In this document: in pieces, positions 51,524-63,567 of the stretch
Numbering within the stretch: the stretch's first letter is position 1
How the letters are laid out: the number at the start of each line of letters is the position of its first letter
Assembly: GCA_030248215.1 (NCBI GenBank)
Contig: JASANG010000864.1
Location: 372,001-436,000, forward strand
DNA length: 64,000 nt
Reading direction: 5' to 3'
Source: Enoplolaimus lenunculus
Lineage: Eukaryota
Notes under the pieces: model-generated
Seen by the model: only the letters and a program-made list of their open reading frames with translations
What the model was told of the DNA's origin: nothing
Database searches by the model: none
Position numbers and translations under genes: made by a program

Positions 51524-52130
51524 GCTTACGCTTAGGTTTAGTGATAGGCTTAGGCTTAGGCTAAGGTTTAGTCATAGGCTTAGGCTTAGGTTTATAGTCA
51601 TACGCTTAGGTTTAGTCATAGACTTAGGCTTAGGATTAGGTATAGTCATGGGCTTAGGATTAGGCTTCGGTTTAGTCATAGGCTTAGGATTAGGCTTAGT
51701 TTTAGTCATAGGTTTAGGCTTAGGCTTCGGTTTAGTCATAGGCTTAGGCTGAGGTTTAGTCATAGGCTTAGGCTTCGGTTTAGTCATAGGCTTAGGCTTA
51801 GGTTTAGTCATAGGCTTAGGCTTTGGCTTCGGTTTAGTCATAGGCTTAGGCTTCGGTTTAGTCATAGGCTTAGGCTTAGGCTGAGGTTTAGTCATAGGCT
51901 TAGGCGTAGGCTTAGGTTTATTCATAGGCTTAGGCTTAGGCTGAGGTTTAGTCATAGGCTTAGGCTTCGGTTCAGTCATAAGCTTAGGCGTAGGCTTAGG
52001 TTTATTCATAGGCTTAGGCTTAGGCTGAGGTTTACTCATAGGCTTAGGCTTAGGTTTAGTCATAGGCTTAGGCTTCGGTTTAGTCATAGGCTTAGGCTTA
52101 GGCTAAGGTTTAGTCATAGGCTTAGGATTA
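51524..52130 (+). repeat. ~600-bp interstitial telomere-like array (TTAGGC with periodic TTAGTC-ATAGGC variants)
   Basis: About 100 hexamers, almost all in register; generates the MTKPKPKP artefact ORF. Confidence 0.9.
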
Positions 52131-52611
52131 TTTTCGTTTATGTGCGGGAACTTTGTGTTCAGGGAAAACCTAAGCAAACATACCATTTTGTAACAATAAT
52201 TGCACTCGGTATCTCTTTTTAATTAATTATTTATTTGTTTGAAAGTCAAAAAGAATCCTTCAGATACAACAATGTTTAGTGAAAGACTGATGCTTATTGC
52301 AACAAATGCCTTTACCATGTTTTCATTATATATAATAATTTCTTAGGGTCCGACAGATTCAAGCCTATTAGCCCTACGAGCCCAACCAATGGCCTCGACT
52401 ACGGGTCGAAAAAGGGAGCACCAGCATTGCTATGAAGACCTTCGCCCCCCCCCCAAGAGCCAAATAATTTTTAATTAGCTAAGTTATTTGGTAATCTAAT
52501 TTCGTTGCTTCCTCTTGTAATTTTTTTTGCTTATCAATTAGCACAGCCTGGTTGCAAAGCAGAGGCGAGAATAAAAATGTTGGGCGAGAGATAGGTATGT
52601 AACCGCTGTAC

Positions 52612-52776
52612 CAGGCCCACAGTCAGCTCACCTTGCCAAGGGGGGGGGTTTAAAAAATTTTCAGGTGCGGTGTACAAGGGTTTTCGTTGATCTATAAGCA
52701 AGGTTAAAAATTTTCTATAGGGGGCCAAAATTTTCCAGGGGGCTGCGCCCCTGGTCCCCTCTTGGTTACGGGCCCG
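52612..52776. mobile_element. hAT-like MITE
   Basis: CAGGCCC.. / ..GGGCCCG termini; perfect 8-bp TSD CGCTGTAC; same family as 33485-33646. Confidence 0.75.
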
Positions 52777-55499
52777 CGCTGTACCCACACGTGAAGCTTC
52801 CAAAAATGAGTATTTAACTAGTGCCTATTTTATAAATCTTTAAACATCCGCTGGTGTCGTTATAAACTTCCGTTTTGAAACCGGATGTTCATGGTAAAGT
52901 GCGCACTTTGGGAAACAGAACAGATAGCGAAGGTGTCGTATTACAAGGTTTACATGCATTTAGCGGTTCGCTAATGGTACAATTCCGATTGGACAAAATT
53001 TAATACAGCATGCGATGCTGTTTGGTTCTTTAAGTCAGCAACTGTCTGAAAAAGTACCTGACCGAATGGAAAACTGCTGCTACTGAGTGACTAAAATATA
53101 AAGAAAAATGTTCGAGTTCCCTGATTTGTATTCGGAACTTAATAGTGCAGTGTAAAGATCACGGTCGGAACGTTTTTCTGCCGGACGGCAATAAAGCAAG
53201 TTTAAGCTTTATACTAACGTCTTGCTTTAGGCTTGGGCTTTAGGTATAAGCTCATTCTTACGCTTAAGCGTAGGCTTAAGTTTATGAATATACTTTAATG
53301 TTAGATCCTGTTTTATGCATTGGCCGCGGTCAAAAATTTTTTTCTCGAGGAGACTAAAAAACGAGACGCCAAACTGTACCACAGCTAAGTGAACTTAAAC
53401 TGAAATTACCGCAACGCTGTAAAATTCAAATATTAAATGAGAATAAAAACAATGCATGTACCCATGAACTTAGCTTCAGTAGATTAGTTGGCCAATGTTA
53501 CTTTAAGGTGCGTAACATTAGATTAAGCGTATTCCTAAGCCTAAGCCTAAGCCTAAGCGTTGCAAAAATGTGTTCCTAAGCCTGTAGATTAGTTGGCCAA
53601 TGTTACTTTGAGGGGCGCAACAGTAGATTAAGCGTATTTCTAAGCCTAAGCCTAAGCGTTGCAAAAATGTGTTCCTAAGCCTAAGCCTATGTCTAAGTCT
53701 AAGCCTAAGCAAAAAATGTAATCTAGAATCTAAACCTACTCTTTTATAGACCCACCAGAAACCTTGACGCCCTATAAAGTAACATGGGCCCATTTGGTTC
53801 ATGCGACGGTTTTTTGGCTGAACCAAAAACGCCACGTTGTATCTTAACGATGTCGTGAATATAACGAACTTGTTTGCTTAGCTGCGCTCGAAAATGTGTA
53901 CCATATTTTGGATTTGAAACAAAAACTGATTTTTATAAATTAACCAAACACAATAAATTAGCAAAATAAAATAGTTATAAATGTTTTAAAATAGAACACA
54001 GTGTTTTTGTATTGTTTTGTTGTTATTTTTGATTTTTAACAATTTTTCGCAACAGATAGCGAATTGTCGCAAAACTGCAATATTGTAACTGTGGTATCAT
54101 AACAACTCGTCACTCGACAACTTGTAACTCGAAGTTTCATCGACACAATAATTCGCCGCCCATCATTACACTCAAAATAATATTTCTGATATTTAAGAAA
54201 AAATTTCTTACATTTAAGAAATATAATTAGCAAGGTGCACTTGAAAAGTATTTCTGGTATAACAGAAATGTTTTCAAAACAGCTTTGAAATGAAGTTTGA
54301 AAATAAACGTTTTCCAGTTATTTTTAGAAAAATTGTCTTACATACCAGAAAAACTTTTCAGATTTGCCACATAAAATACTTTTCTGAATAAATTCAGAAA
54401 TACTTTTTAAGTGAATGCTTAGGCTTAGGCTTAGGCTTAGAACTGCGCTTAGGGCTATCTTTAGGTTTATTCATTGGATTTTAGGACATTGTTTGGTGAC
54501 AAGCTGCCGGACGACGAATTGTCGCAGATTCGTTACATATCGAAGTTGCGGCCAATCCAACGTTGTTACACAGGAGCAGTAGTCTGAGGGCAGGCGGACT
54601 GGTGAACCCTCGTATTTTTAATGTCTGATAATTGTTCATACGATGAAAAATTGTTTGAAATTAGTAAGGTCTCCATACCTAGCAAATTATTTAAATTTCA
54701 GGTCGTTTCTGGTTCGCTACGCTCGCGAGGTTGCTTCCACTATGATATTTTGCGCACCATTGTTACATGCCCCGCGCCCTGATTTTCTGATCAACGGTTG
54801 CGTCCCTGTTGTATTTATGCCAGATAAATCTCAACTTGACTTTATTTCTCGTTCGCTTCAATTGAAACGTGGAAAAAAATTTCAAATTAAAATAATTCGC
54901 TAAATATTTGCGGTAAAATTTGATTTCAGTTTGTCAACATCAAAAGCTAAGAATTTGAGAAACAAGTAAACAATGTAAAACCAAAATCATTTAACACAAG
55001 CGTCATGATAAAGCAAGTATAGTGAGCACTACGCCGTGTTTAAAAATATCTTCGAGCGAAGCAGAAACTAATGGCCTCCCAGGCGGAAGTTTTAGGCTAT
55101 TTCTTAGTTGGACTAAAACCTTAGACTTAGGCTCTGGCATAAACTCATTCGTACGTTTACGCCTTAGATTAGGCTTAGATGTAAGCTCATGCTTACGTTT
55201 AGGCTTAAATATAGGTTTAGGAATATGCTTATACTACTGTTACGGCTGTGTTCTATTAATTGGCCAAAGTATTCAAGTGGGCACATGAGAAAATATGTTT
55301 CCAAAAGTTCTCCAGAAACGACACAAACTCACCATTTACAAAACAGTAAAATTGAACACGGCTGACTCTAATCATATCTGCCAGCAACACCAACAATTTC
55401 ACCCAAACTTTTCTGGAAAAACCACAAAAAGAGCCACTTTTACAGGCGTCATAGAATAACTTGCTTGATCCTGGGGTCCAAACTTTACAAACGGTCAAT

Positions 55500-58400
55500 T
55501 TATTTCAGTTTCTTAGCACCAAACGCTAACAATTTGATGAATAAATAACCAAATACAAGCAATAATGTCAATAACATTAATATCACATCTAAACAGTGAT
55601 ACTGTACTAGGCTAAGTCCCATAGCTGCGGTTATACGGGGAAGCGTTGCGTGATGGCGAACAGCGCGTTCAACGTTATGCACGAGTAGTTGGCGTCGCGG
55701 TTTAGGCGAGTCAATGAGCATACGTGATAGTTTTTGGGCGTTTTTGAAGTAGCTAAAATAATTAAAACTTGAATATTGCAATCATGTGAGACATGCTTGT
55801 CCGTTATGTGCACATGCAATATAATGCAGCACGCTGTATGTACGTCGGCGTCATACGGTCGACATGAAGTCGACGAAAAAGCAGTTGGAGAAGCGAGCTA
55901 CGTGGCGCAATGGTAGGGTGCTTGGCTCGGTATCCTAAGGCCGCTAGTTCGATCGCCACTCTGTAGGCCTGCTTTTGAAGCTGCTTGGTTAAAAAGGTCT
56001 AAAGTTCCGGTTCCTACTTAACCTGACGGATAGGAAGCACAATATGTGTTAAGCCTTTCACGCATAGAGTATACTATAAAAGAACACGGCGCAAACAAAA
56101 TGCATTTCACTAACAATTACGCGTATGCCCAGTTGCAGTGAAGTTGGTTAATATGTCGCTGATGCTAAAGTCGCTAGTTTCATTCAGACACAAAATAAGC
56201 AAATCAGCGTTGAAAACCAACCCAATTGTTTGCAATTGATTAGCTTGCGTTTGATGATAATAATTGCTCATGTTTTTCCATCTCAACCACTTAAGCTATC
56301 AGTCTGTGCCTATATTCTCAAATGTGTGCAACGTCTGGGGCCAGTGGGTGATAGGTCTTGTAACCTTAGAACTTCCCTATACTGCAGTTTAAAACGTGTC
56401 ATTTATAGCGGTTGAGATTTATCCTGATACAGTGCGGACGGCCCATGTTACTTTAGGGGACGTCCAGGTGTCTGGTGGGTCCATAAAGAGTAGGTTTAGA
56501 TTCTAGATTACATTTTTTTGCTTAGACTTAAGCTTAGGAACACATTTTTGCAACGCTTAGGCTTAGGCTTAGGAATACGCTTAATCTACTGTTACGCCCC
56601 TTAAAGTAACATTGGCCGTGCGGACTATCAGATTCCACGATGTGCAAGAATCATTGTTTGAGATCCTATTACTAAACTGACCATAGGTGATAATCGAAGG
56701 GATGAGAATACGGCTTGTAGGACAGCAGCTGTTTTGAAACTTGACTTACGTTTCATCTTCCAACACTTGATTCATCGATTGGACCAACCGGTCGCTGGTA
56801 AATTCCCATTTTTCAACGGTTACTCCTATATGAAGTCGTTCGATGCGTCTTGCGTTTCCATACTGATCAGCGAATAGCGGCACCGCAAGCATTGGAATTC
56901 CAGCTTGCATGGTTTCCAATAGGCTGTTGTACCCGGCGTGGGTAATAAATAGTTTCACATTTGGGTGGCCTGTCAGCAATTGAAACTTGCAACATTGTGT
57001 GCGTAAGCTATTGCGACATATTAGGGCGCTGTAGTGACCCGAGTTAGAGCGGGAAATGAGAGTCCGGGGTTCTAACTCCAATATCAAATAAAGGTGAGTT
57101 CGAAACTTTGAAGCAAAGTTTTGAAAGTACATAACCTTGCAGTGTCGCTCAAGCTTGGCATACAATAGAAATCAGTGTTTAGCGGACATTTGTAACCACC
57201 AATATATCAGTACCGTAGGATGGCGGAAATAAATAACAGTCCGTAACCGAATAACACGGGATACCCTCTGGAGAGGCAAAAATATCACTCTCCGCTCACT
57301 TATTCGATCACTACAGTAGACCTATTAGAAGTATATATAGGTGCTTTGGGGTTCGCACGTTATTGTCAACAACGAAGGATCTATTCGAACTAACTTGTTA
57401 CTATGACACCCTGACATTTACTGACGGTTTGAGACGATTACCTGCTACAGCATAATGGTCAATCTTAGGCTTAACCTCAGATTTATATTTTAGCTGATTC
57501 AATTTTATTTCATGTATACATCAGAAGATTCCGAATCCTTGACATAAACGTGGCACATAAGGTGCGACCAATGTTACTTTGACGAGCGTAACAGTAGTAT
57601 AATCATATTTCTAATACTAAGAGTGCATAATTTTATAGTGTGACACTTCGCCTGACTCTGAGTTTAAACGTGAAGCATCCCGCGGTCTGATATTCATTGT
57701 ACCCCCCCGTGATTGAGGGGGTGGGATAAAAATATGTATTGCGTTAATCATCGACATACATACATTACGGTACATGGGTGTGCAAATTTAGTAAATTGCT
57801 CGTATTCAGTATGTTCGCACACGTAAAGCAAGAATGACCCATGTATGGAACAGGGTCAGAACAGTAGTAAAAGCATATACGTAAGCCAAAGCCTCAGCCT
57901 AAGCCTAAGCGTCAGAATGAGCCTATTCCTAAGCGTAACCCTAAGCCTAAGCCTAAACCTAAGCAAAAAAGTTAGTGTAAAGCTTAAGCTGACTCTATTT
58001 ACAGATCCGCAGGAAAAGGTTCCGGCCCTTTTGTATACATGGACCTTAAAAATAAACCCCCACCCAATGGAAGATGGGGTACCCTACGATTGGGATCGCA
58101 TGATGCTTCATGCTTGTAACTTACTGTTTGGTTAAGTGTCACACTCAATAATACCCTTAAATACTAAACCTAAACCTAAGTGTCAAATTAACGATAAGTC
58201 TAAAATTATGCCTAAGCCTAAGCCTAAGTCTAAGCCGAAACCAAAAATTAGTCAAACGTTTAAGCTTACTCTATTGCAGACCTGCAGAAAAACGCTACGC
58301 CCCTGAGAAGGTCTAGTGAAATGTCAACTCACTCAATAACGCAGGTTGAGGTATCCACTCAGATAAATGGAGGTTCGTTAAACCAGCACAACCGCATGCA

Positions 58401-61400
58401 TTTTGTGCCAGGGTCAAGTTTGTAATGTTATTTACTCGCCAAATGACGTTGTATCGATGTTGAATGGTTTTGAATGCATTGAAGAATGACGTCTATAAAT
58501 CAGACTTACCCGTTTACACATAGAGTAGACTGTGAGCAACTTAGCGCAAACTGTGTACGCGATATTATGAATGCATACGCAGTGATCAGCAATTTATATA
58601 TAGTGCGCTAACCAGGACGCATTTTAGAATTTTTGCAACACAGGTCCATATATGAAACAGGGCCGGATCGTTTTCCGGCGGCGCTGTAATAGAGTCAGTT
58701 TAAGCTTTAGATTAACTTTTTTGCTTAGGCTTAGGCTTAGGCTTAATAGGCTTAGCATCATCTTTGCAGTTTTTAAAGTATATCTGCTGATTTCTAAGCG
58801 TATGTTTAAGGTTTAGATTTAAGTGAAGGCGTACAATTGTGGCGTAATTGCACACGAATCGAAATGGCGTTACAGATGGTTTTTTCATAAAAAGCATATG
58901 CTAAATTCTGTCTCAAACTAACGAATAATTGACACATAATTAAAATTTGAACGGAAAAACAAGTGATTTTCACTCACTTTCATGTCGTCCGGCATCTCGT
59001 CAGTTTGCGCAATAGAACCGAATGAAAACAAAATCGTTCCAAGTTTCGACGGATCGTCCAATATTTTCAACCATTTCTGAAAAAAAAAACAAATTACAAT
59101 TGTAAAAAAAACAACACAAATTGAGTTAAAAAATTGTTTTCAAAATTCATTTATGTCTTTGTAAAAGCTGAAACGGTTATCTGGGTCGCGGTTATGTGAT
59201 TCGACGCTCCTTTCAAAAAATAGGCTTCCTGAAATAGTTCATAATTTTCACCCGGCGCTGATTCAGCATGACCCGAGTGCTGTCAAAAAATTGTTCGAAA
59301 TCACACCGCAGTGCAGTACGCAGTGTTGTTTTCAGGATCAACCCACTGATAAAGCTTTGCAACGATCATTTCGGAACAGCGGGCGAATGTGGTCGTCTGA
59401 GATGCCGGCGAGATTGCGCGAAATTCATATTTACAGAAGTTGTAAGATTCGATACAAACACGACATATTTGTTCGCTTTAAGAGTTCTGATAAAACTTAA
59501 CTTAAAAATAATTACTTAAAGCAGGGAAATGCAATTTGGTACCAAATTTAGCGCAGAGCAAAATGTGCTAAAGTGCGTTGCATTCTCTGGCCGTTCATCC
59601 CCCCAATTATGGGAAGTGACGTTATATAGAAAAGACATACACGAAAATGAAAGACTTAAAAAAGTTACATTAGGTATAAAATAAACGTAATTCCCACGCT
59701 AACTCTATCATGGCGATATCAAACTGGAGCCACATGTCCCTTACCCCTATAGCACCTATCTGTAGTTAGTAATTGACCTTTTAGCAGACGAATTACCGGT
59801 CGCTCTGGATCTTAAAAGCTCCACGAAAATTAACTAAATTAAATGCGAAAAAATGTGCTAACTTTTTAAGCTCACCGTACGCTAGTTTGAAATAAACATC
59901 ATTTTTGGTCAACTGGTAATAGATGCAACACATATTTGAGAATATTTAGGCCACTCACTTGTTCCAGTTTCGTGTTTGCATTGCTTGGCATAGTTTCTTT
60001 GACAATATCGCCCATAAAGTATAACCCGTGGCTTATCGGGCGGGGTAGGTCAGAAACGACTTCGCCATTTAAAATCATAACTGGGGCACGGGCTCCAAAT
60101 TCTAAATAGTTCCGAACAGCATTTTCAGGGCTGGGATCGACTTCAAAAAGATGTTGTAGATCATGTGTAGGCGAGGGAAACAGGGTAATTGAGTGAGGTG
60201 CGATTGATAGTATGTGGAGCGCTAGGTTTTGAGCACGTTGCTTAAAGGACATCCGATCCGAAAATGACGTCATTGGGCTTGGAATCCATGACGAAGTGTA
60301 TGGAAGACCGAACATGTGAGCCATGTAATCTATGAATATTATACAGTAGAAAGACACAACGTTTAAAATAGTGTTTTAATACAAGTAATAGTTGTAGCAC
60401 TGCTCTGCGTTCTTCTGAGATACGCGGTAGCAGGAAAGCGGCACTCGAGTTCACACCACTCTTGATGCGGTGCTTAACAGCGGGCGTTTGTGAATGAAGT
60501 GCAATAAACAGTGTTTCAAACTGACTTGTATTTCTAGCAAATTTAAGCGGTCGGCCATGTAAAATGAAAGTTGTCAGCGATGTAAAATGCAAATTGAATG
60601 ACTTAAATATGAACAAATGTGCTATTTTTTTAAATTTTGCCGCCTGACGGTTATTCAAAGGTGTGTCTTGTCTCTGAAGTCATTAAAACTACAACAATAG
60701 CGACAGAATAGTGAAAAAAAATTAAATTTTAACATTGAGGTTGACCGTGTCACAAACACGACTGCACTAAGGGTAACGCTATATTTTTGATATCTTCCGG
60801 CACCGTAGGTCACCAGTACGGCGCCGTCCGTCGCCGTCCGTCACCCGTGCGGTGTGTAAGCATGTGAGACATGCTTGTCCTAGTGCATATGCAATAAATG
60901 CAATGCACATTGGGTTGTACGGTGGACACATATAGTCGACGAAAAATGCAGTTGGAGAGGCGGGCTGCGTGGCGCAGTGGTAGAGTGCTCGCTCAAGGAT
61001 CCATAGGCTGAGAGTTCGACGCCCGCTGTAGCCCGCTTTTCCAGCTGCTTAGTTAAAAGGTCTGATGCCCCGGCTCCTACCAAGACTGACACGGTGCCGT
61101 CTGTCACCGTCCGTCACGGTGCGGCAACGCACGCGAATGACGTACCGTACCATACCGTATGGTGACGGACGAGCGCCGTACGGCTGACGGACAGTGACGC
61201 ACACCGTCGTCCGGGTGACGGGACGGCGTCGTCCGGGTGACGGACGGCGCCGTACGAATGACGGACCGCCGTGTAAGACCCAGTATAGCGCAACCCATAC
61301 CTAAGACATAATTGCCAGGCGACGCAAACACAATCGGCAACTGCAACAATTCTGCAATACCGACATCACAATAACTGATCACTTGTGTAATAATTGCATC

Positions 61401-61835
61401 AAATCGCACTGTGCGCAGTTCGTCTATTAATTGATGACTCGCAATCGCATTAGAACAAGCATTAACCATAATTTGATTAAAGTCTCGCATTAATGTCATT
61501 ATACGCATTGAAAAGCGTTCTTTTTGATATCCATACAGTTGAAGTTCCGTAAATAAATAGGTTTCAAACGAAGGATCCAACTTTGTGTTGGGTATATGAT
61601 ATTGGGTTAGATTGCACGGGGATTTATTAACGCCGATATGGTTGTAAAACGCGAGGGTAAGCAGAACAACTTCGTGCCCAGCTTCAGATAACGCGCACGA
61701 GAGGCGATTGTTAAAGCCGTAGTGACTTTTGCTGAGGCCTGGAACGAGGAGCAGGAACTTGTACGCGAGTCCAAGTTGGCATAGAGCAGTTGTAAGCAGG
61801 ATAATTGAACTGACGCGGAGCGTATATGAGTTCAT
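55500..61835 (-). CDS. ugt: UDP-glucuronosyl/glycosyltransferase (GT1 family, 545 aa)
   Basis: Exons 61835-61301, 60329-59959, 59076-58978, 58492-58333, 56969-56750 and 55752-55500 join in frame (1638 nt). Signal peptide, SKSHYGF (catalytic His region), MSFKQRAQN, ILFSFGS, signature [44 protein letters not shown], C-terminal TM helix and KKLK dilysine motif. Confidence 0.96.
55783..56036 (+). mobile_element. Dispersed repeat with tRNA-like core (SINE-like or tRNA pseudogene)
   Basis: A-box TGGCGCAATGG and B-box GTTCGATC at ~55896-55969; flanks shared with 60861-61090. Confidence 0.6.
56440..56617. mobile_element. Merlin-like TTAGGC-bearing MITE (subfamily C) in UGT intron 5
   Basis: TIR GGCCCATGTTACTTTAGGGGACGT / ACGCCCCTTAAAGTAACATTGGCC; perfect 8-bp TSD GTGCGGAC. 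Related copies near 14794-14984, 19918-20109, 22651-22853, 41565-41770 and 53489-53790. Confidence 0.82.
60771..61296. mobile_element. PIF/Harbinger-like MITE in UGT intron 1 with a nested tRNA-like element
   Basis: GGGTAACGCTATA ... TATAGCGCAACCC termini; ends 4 nt from the exon 1 donor. It explains the R/G-rich tail of ORF 61104..61835. Confidence 0.72.
60861..61090 (+). mobile_element. Dispersed repeat with tRNA-like core (SINE-like or tRNA pseudogene)
   Basis: Acceptor stem GGCTGCG/TGTAGCC, A-box TGGCGCAGTGG, B-box GTTCGAC, followed by TTTT; the anticodon arm does not pair. Confidence 0.6.
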
Positions 61836-62369
61836 TGGTGCAATTGAATCAATTTGAATTTAAGTTTCAGCTTAAAATTGAAACAGAGATTAATAGCTGT
61901 TTTTCCAGTAAGATTAAACCTGAATAAATTTGAATTTAGGTTTCAGCTTAAAATTGAAACAGAGATTAACAGCTGTTTTTGCAGTAAGATTAAACCGAAG
62001 TATATGTTTATAGAATTGGTATGCAAACTATTGCGGTCTGATTCGTGTCAAAAATACAAAACACTTTTCGATTAATGAGAGAAAAATCGTTTATATTAAT
62101 GTTTTAATAGGGTTTTGAAAAAGGTTCAAACGCGTTTACTACTCAGTAGCTTTTTTCTGCACTTTCGACTCGTTTTGTGAGTTGTCAGCTTGCAAAAAAA
62201 GCCGTTTGAAAGATGTTGTTTAAAACACGAAAAGCGTTCAAAACAGCATTTTAATTTTGACACAATTGCTACCGCATCTTCTCTACTTTGTTGAACCTTT
62301 AGCATTTACAATCGACTATAAAAGCTTGGCGTTCGAGCGCGAGGGGAAGTTAGTGTCCTCTGTGTTTAA

Positions 62370-62634
62370 CCCTTACTCACATGAATATTTTCAATTTCAT
62401 ATGAGATGTAATTTCATGGTAAAATTCGATCCACAGTGTCTCGGGTGGGAGGCGTTTACGATGACCACTCCGCTATAGGAGCTTGATGCTCGAGCGCGAG
62501 GGGGCCCTCATGTCTTGTAGAGATTTTGCACTGCGCATATATGTTGAATTGCTAAACACTGCTCACAGTGCTTGTGTTGCTCGTATATTACTTGTATTTA
62601 GTTGCTCATAGTATATACTCTATGAGTTAAAGGG
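62370..62634. mobile_element. piggyBac-type MITE with tRNA-derived cassette, diverged subfamily
   Basis: TTAA|CCCTTACTCACATGAATATTTT start; internal sequence similar to 35664-35926. Confidence 0.72.
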
Positions 62635-63098
62635 TAAATAGCGCGGATTCAAAACTACAATGATACATCTAAAAAGCACTAAATGGGCGTTTGAATTTCA
62701 GACCGCCATAATTTTGCGGTCGCATATGCAGCAAAGGGCACGTAGCGTTTAGACGTGATTTTCTAGTTACAACCGGACTCATGAAAAGTTCTTCGGGGCA
62801 GGGGTATATACAAGTTTCGAGATAGAAAGGATATATGCTCTCATGAAATTTCTTGCAAAACAAAAGAAACATTTTGAACAAGATTTTTAAAAGGCCTGCT
62901 GAAACCTTGAGGTAAATAGTTTTTCTTTAGAGCCGATTCGCTCCCACAATGAAATCCTTCCTGCGCCACTTGTACTGTGGTTGCTTTGTCTTTCTTCTTT
63001 TGATCTATATACTGTTTCTGTTCCGGGATTCCTGCAACGAAGTGCAATTCCTGTTGCTGTTCCTGTTCCGGCAAAATTTAGTTCCTGTTGAAACCGTG

Positions 63099-63180
63099 AT
63101 ATATACACACATACATATATACATATATATATTATACATATATATAAATATATATACATATATATTATACATATATATAA

Positions 63181-63225
<45 letters not shown>
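63099..63225. repeat. (TA)n/(TACA) compound microsatellite
   Basis: Directly visible. Confidence 0.95.
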
Positions 63226-63227
<2 letters not shown>

Positions 63228-63567
63228 TAGTTAAAAGTTCAAACACTAATTCAGCAGCATAAACAGTGTATTTTATAAATTTCCTATAACTTTATTCAAT
63301 TATTTAATTATTTAATTTTAATTTTTTAAAATCAACAAAAATTACGGTTCGCAATAATCGCAGGTTAAAATTGGTCAATTTTTCATTTGCTCCGTTTTTT
63401 CCAGATCGCTCTCACGTTTATCTCTAACTTGTGTTACGGGGAATAAATTTGAATTACTGAATCCACTTCAGTGAACTGTTTAAAGTGTCTGCATTTACTA
63501 CAGTTTATCCGTTTGAAACGTGATGTTAACTTTCGATAGCATGCTATGTAGTGTTATATTGCGCATA

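Noticed and set aside
51471..52087. ORFs MTKPKPKP.. and LGLGLG..
   Set aside because: Artefacts of telomere-like hexamer repeats; the same applies to the LRLRLR/LSLSLS ORFs at 3762, 13265, 16616, 21925, 26915-27243 and 53518.
60962..61034. Functional tRNA gene
   Set aside because: Anticodon and T stems do not pair properly and it is embedded in a dispersed repeat; treated as tRNA-derived.
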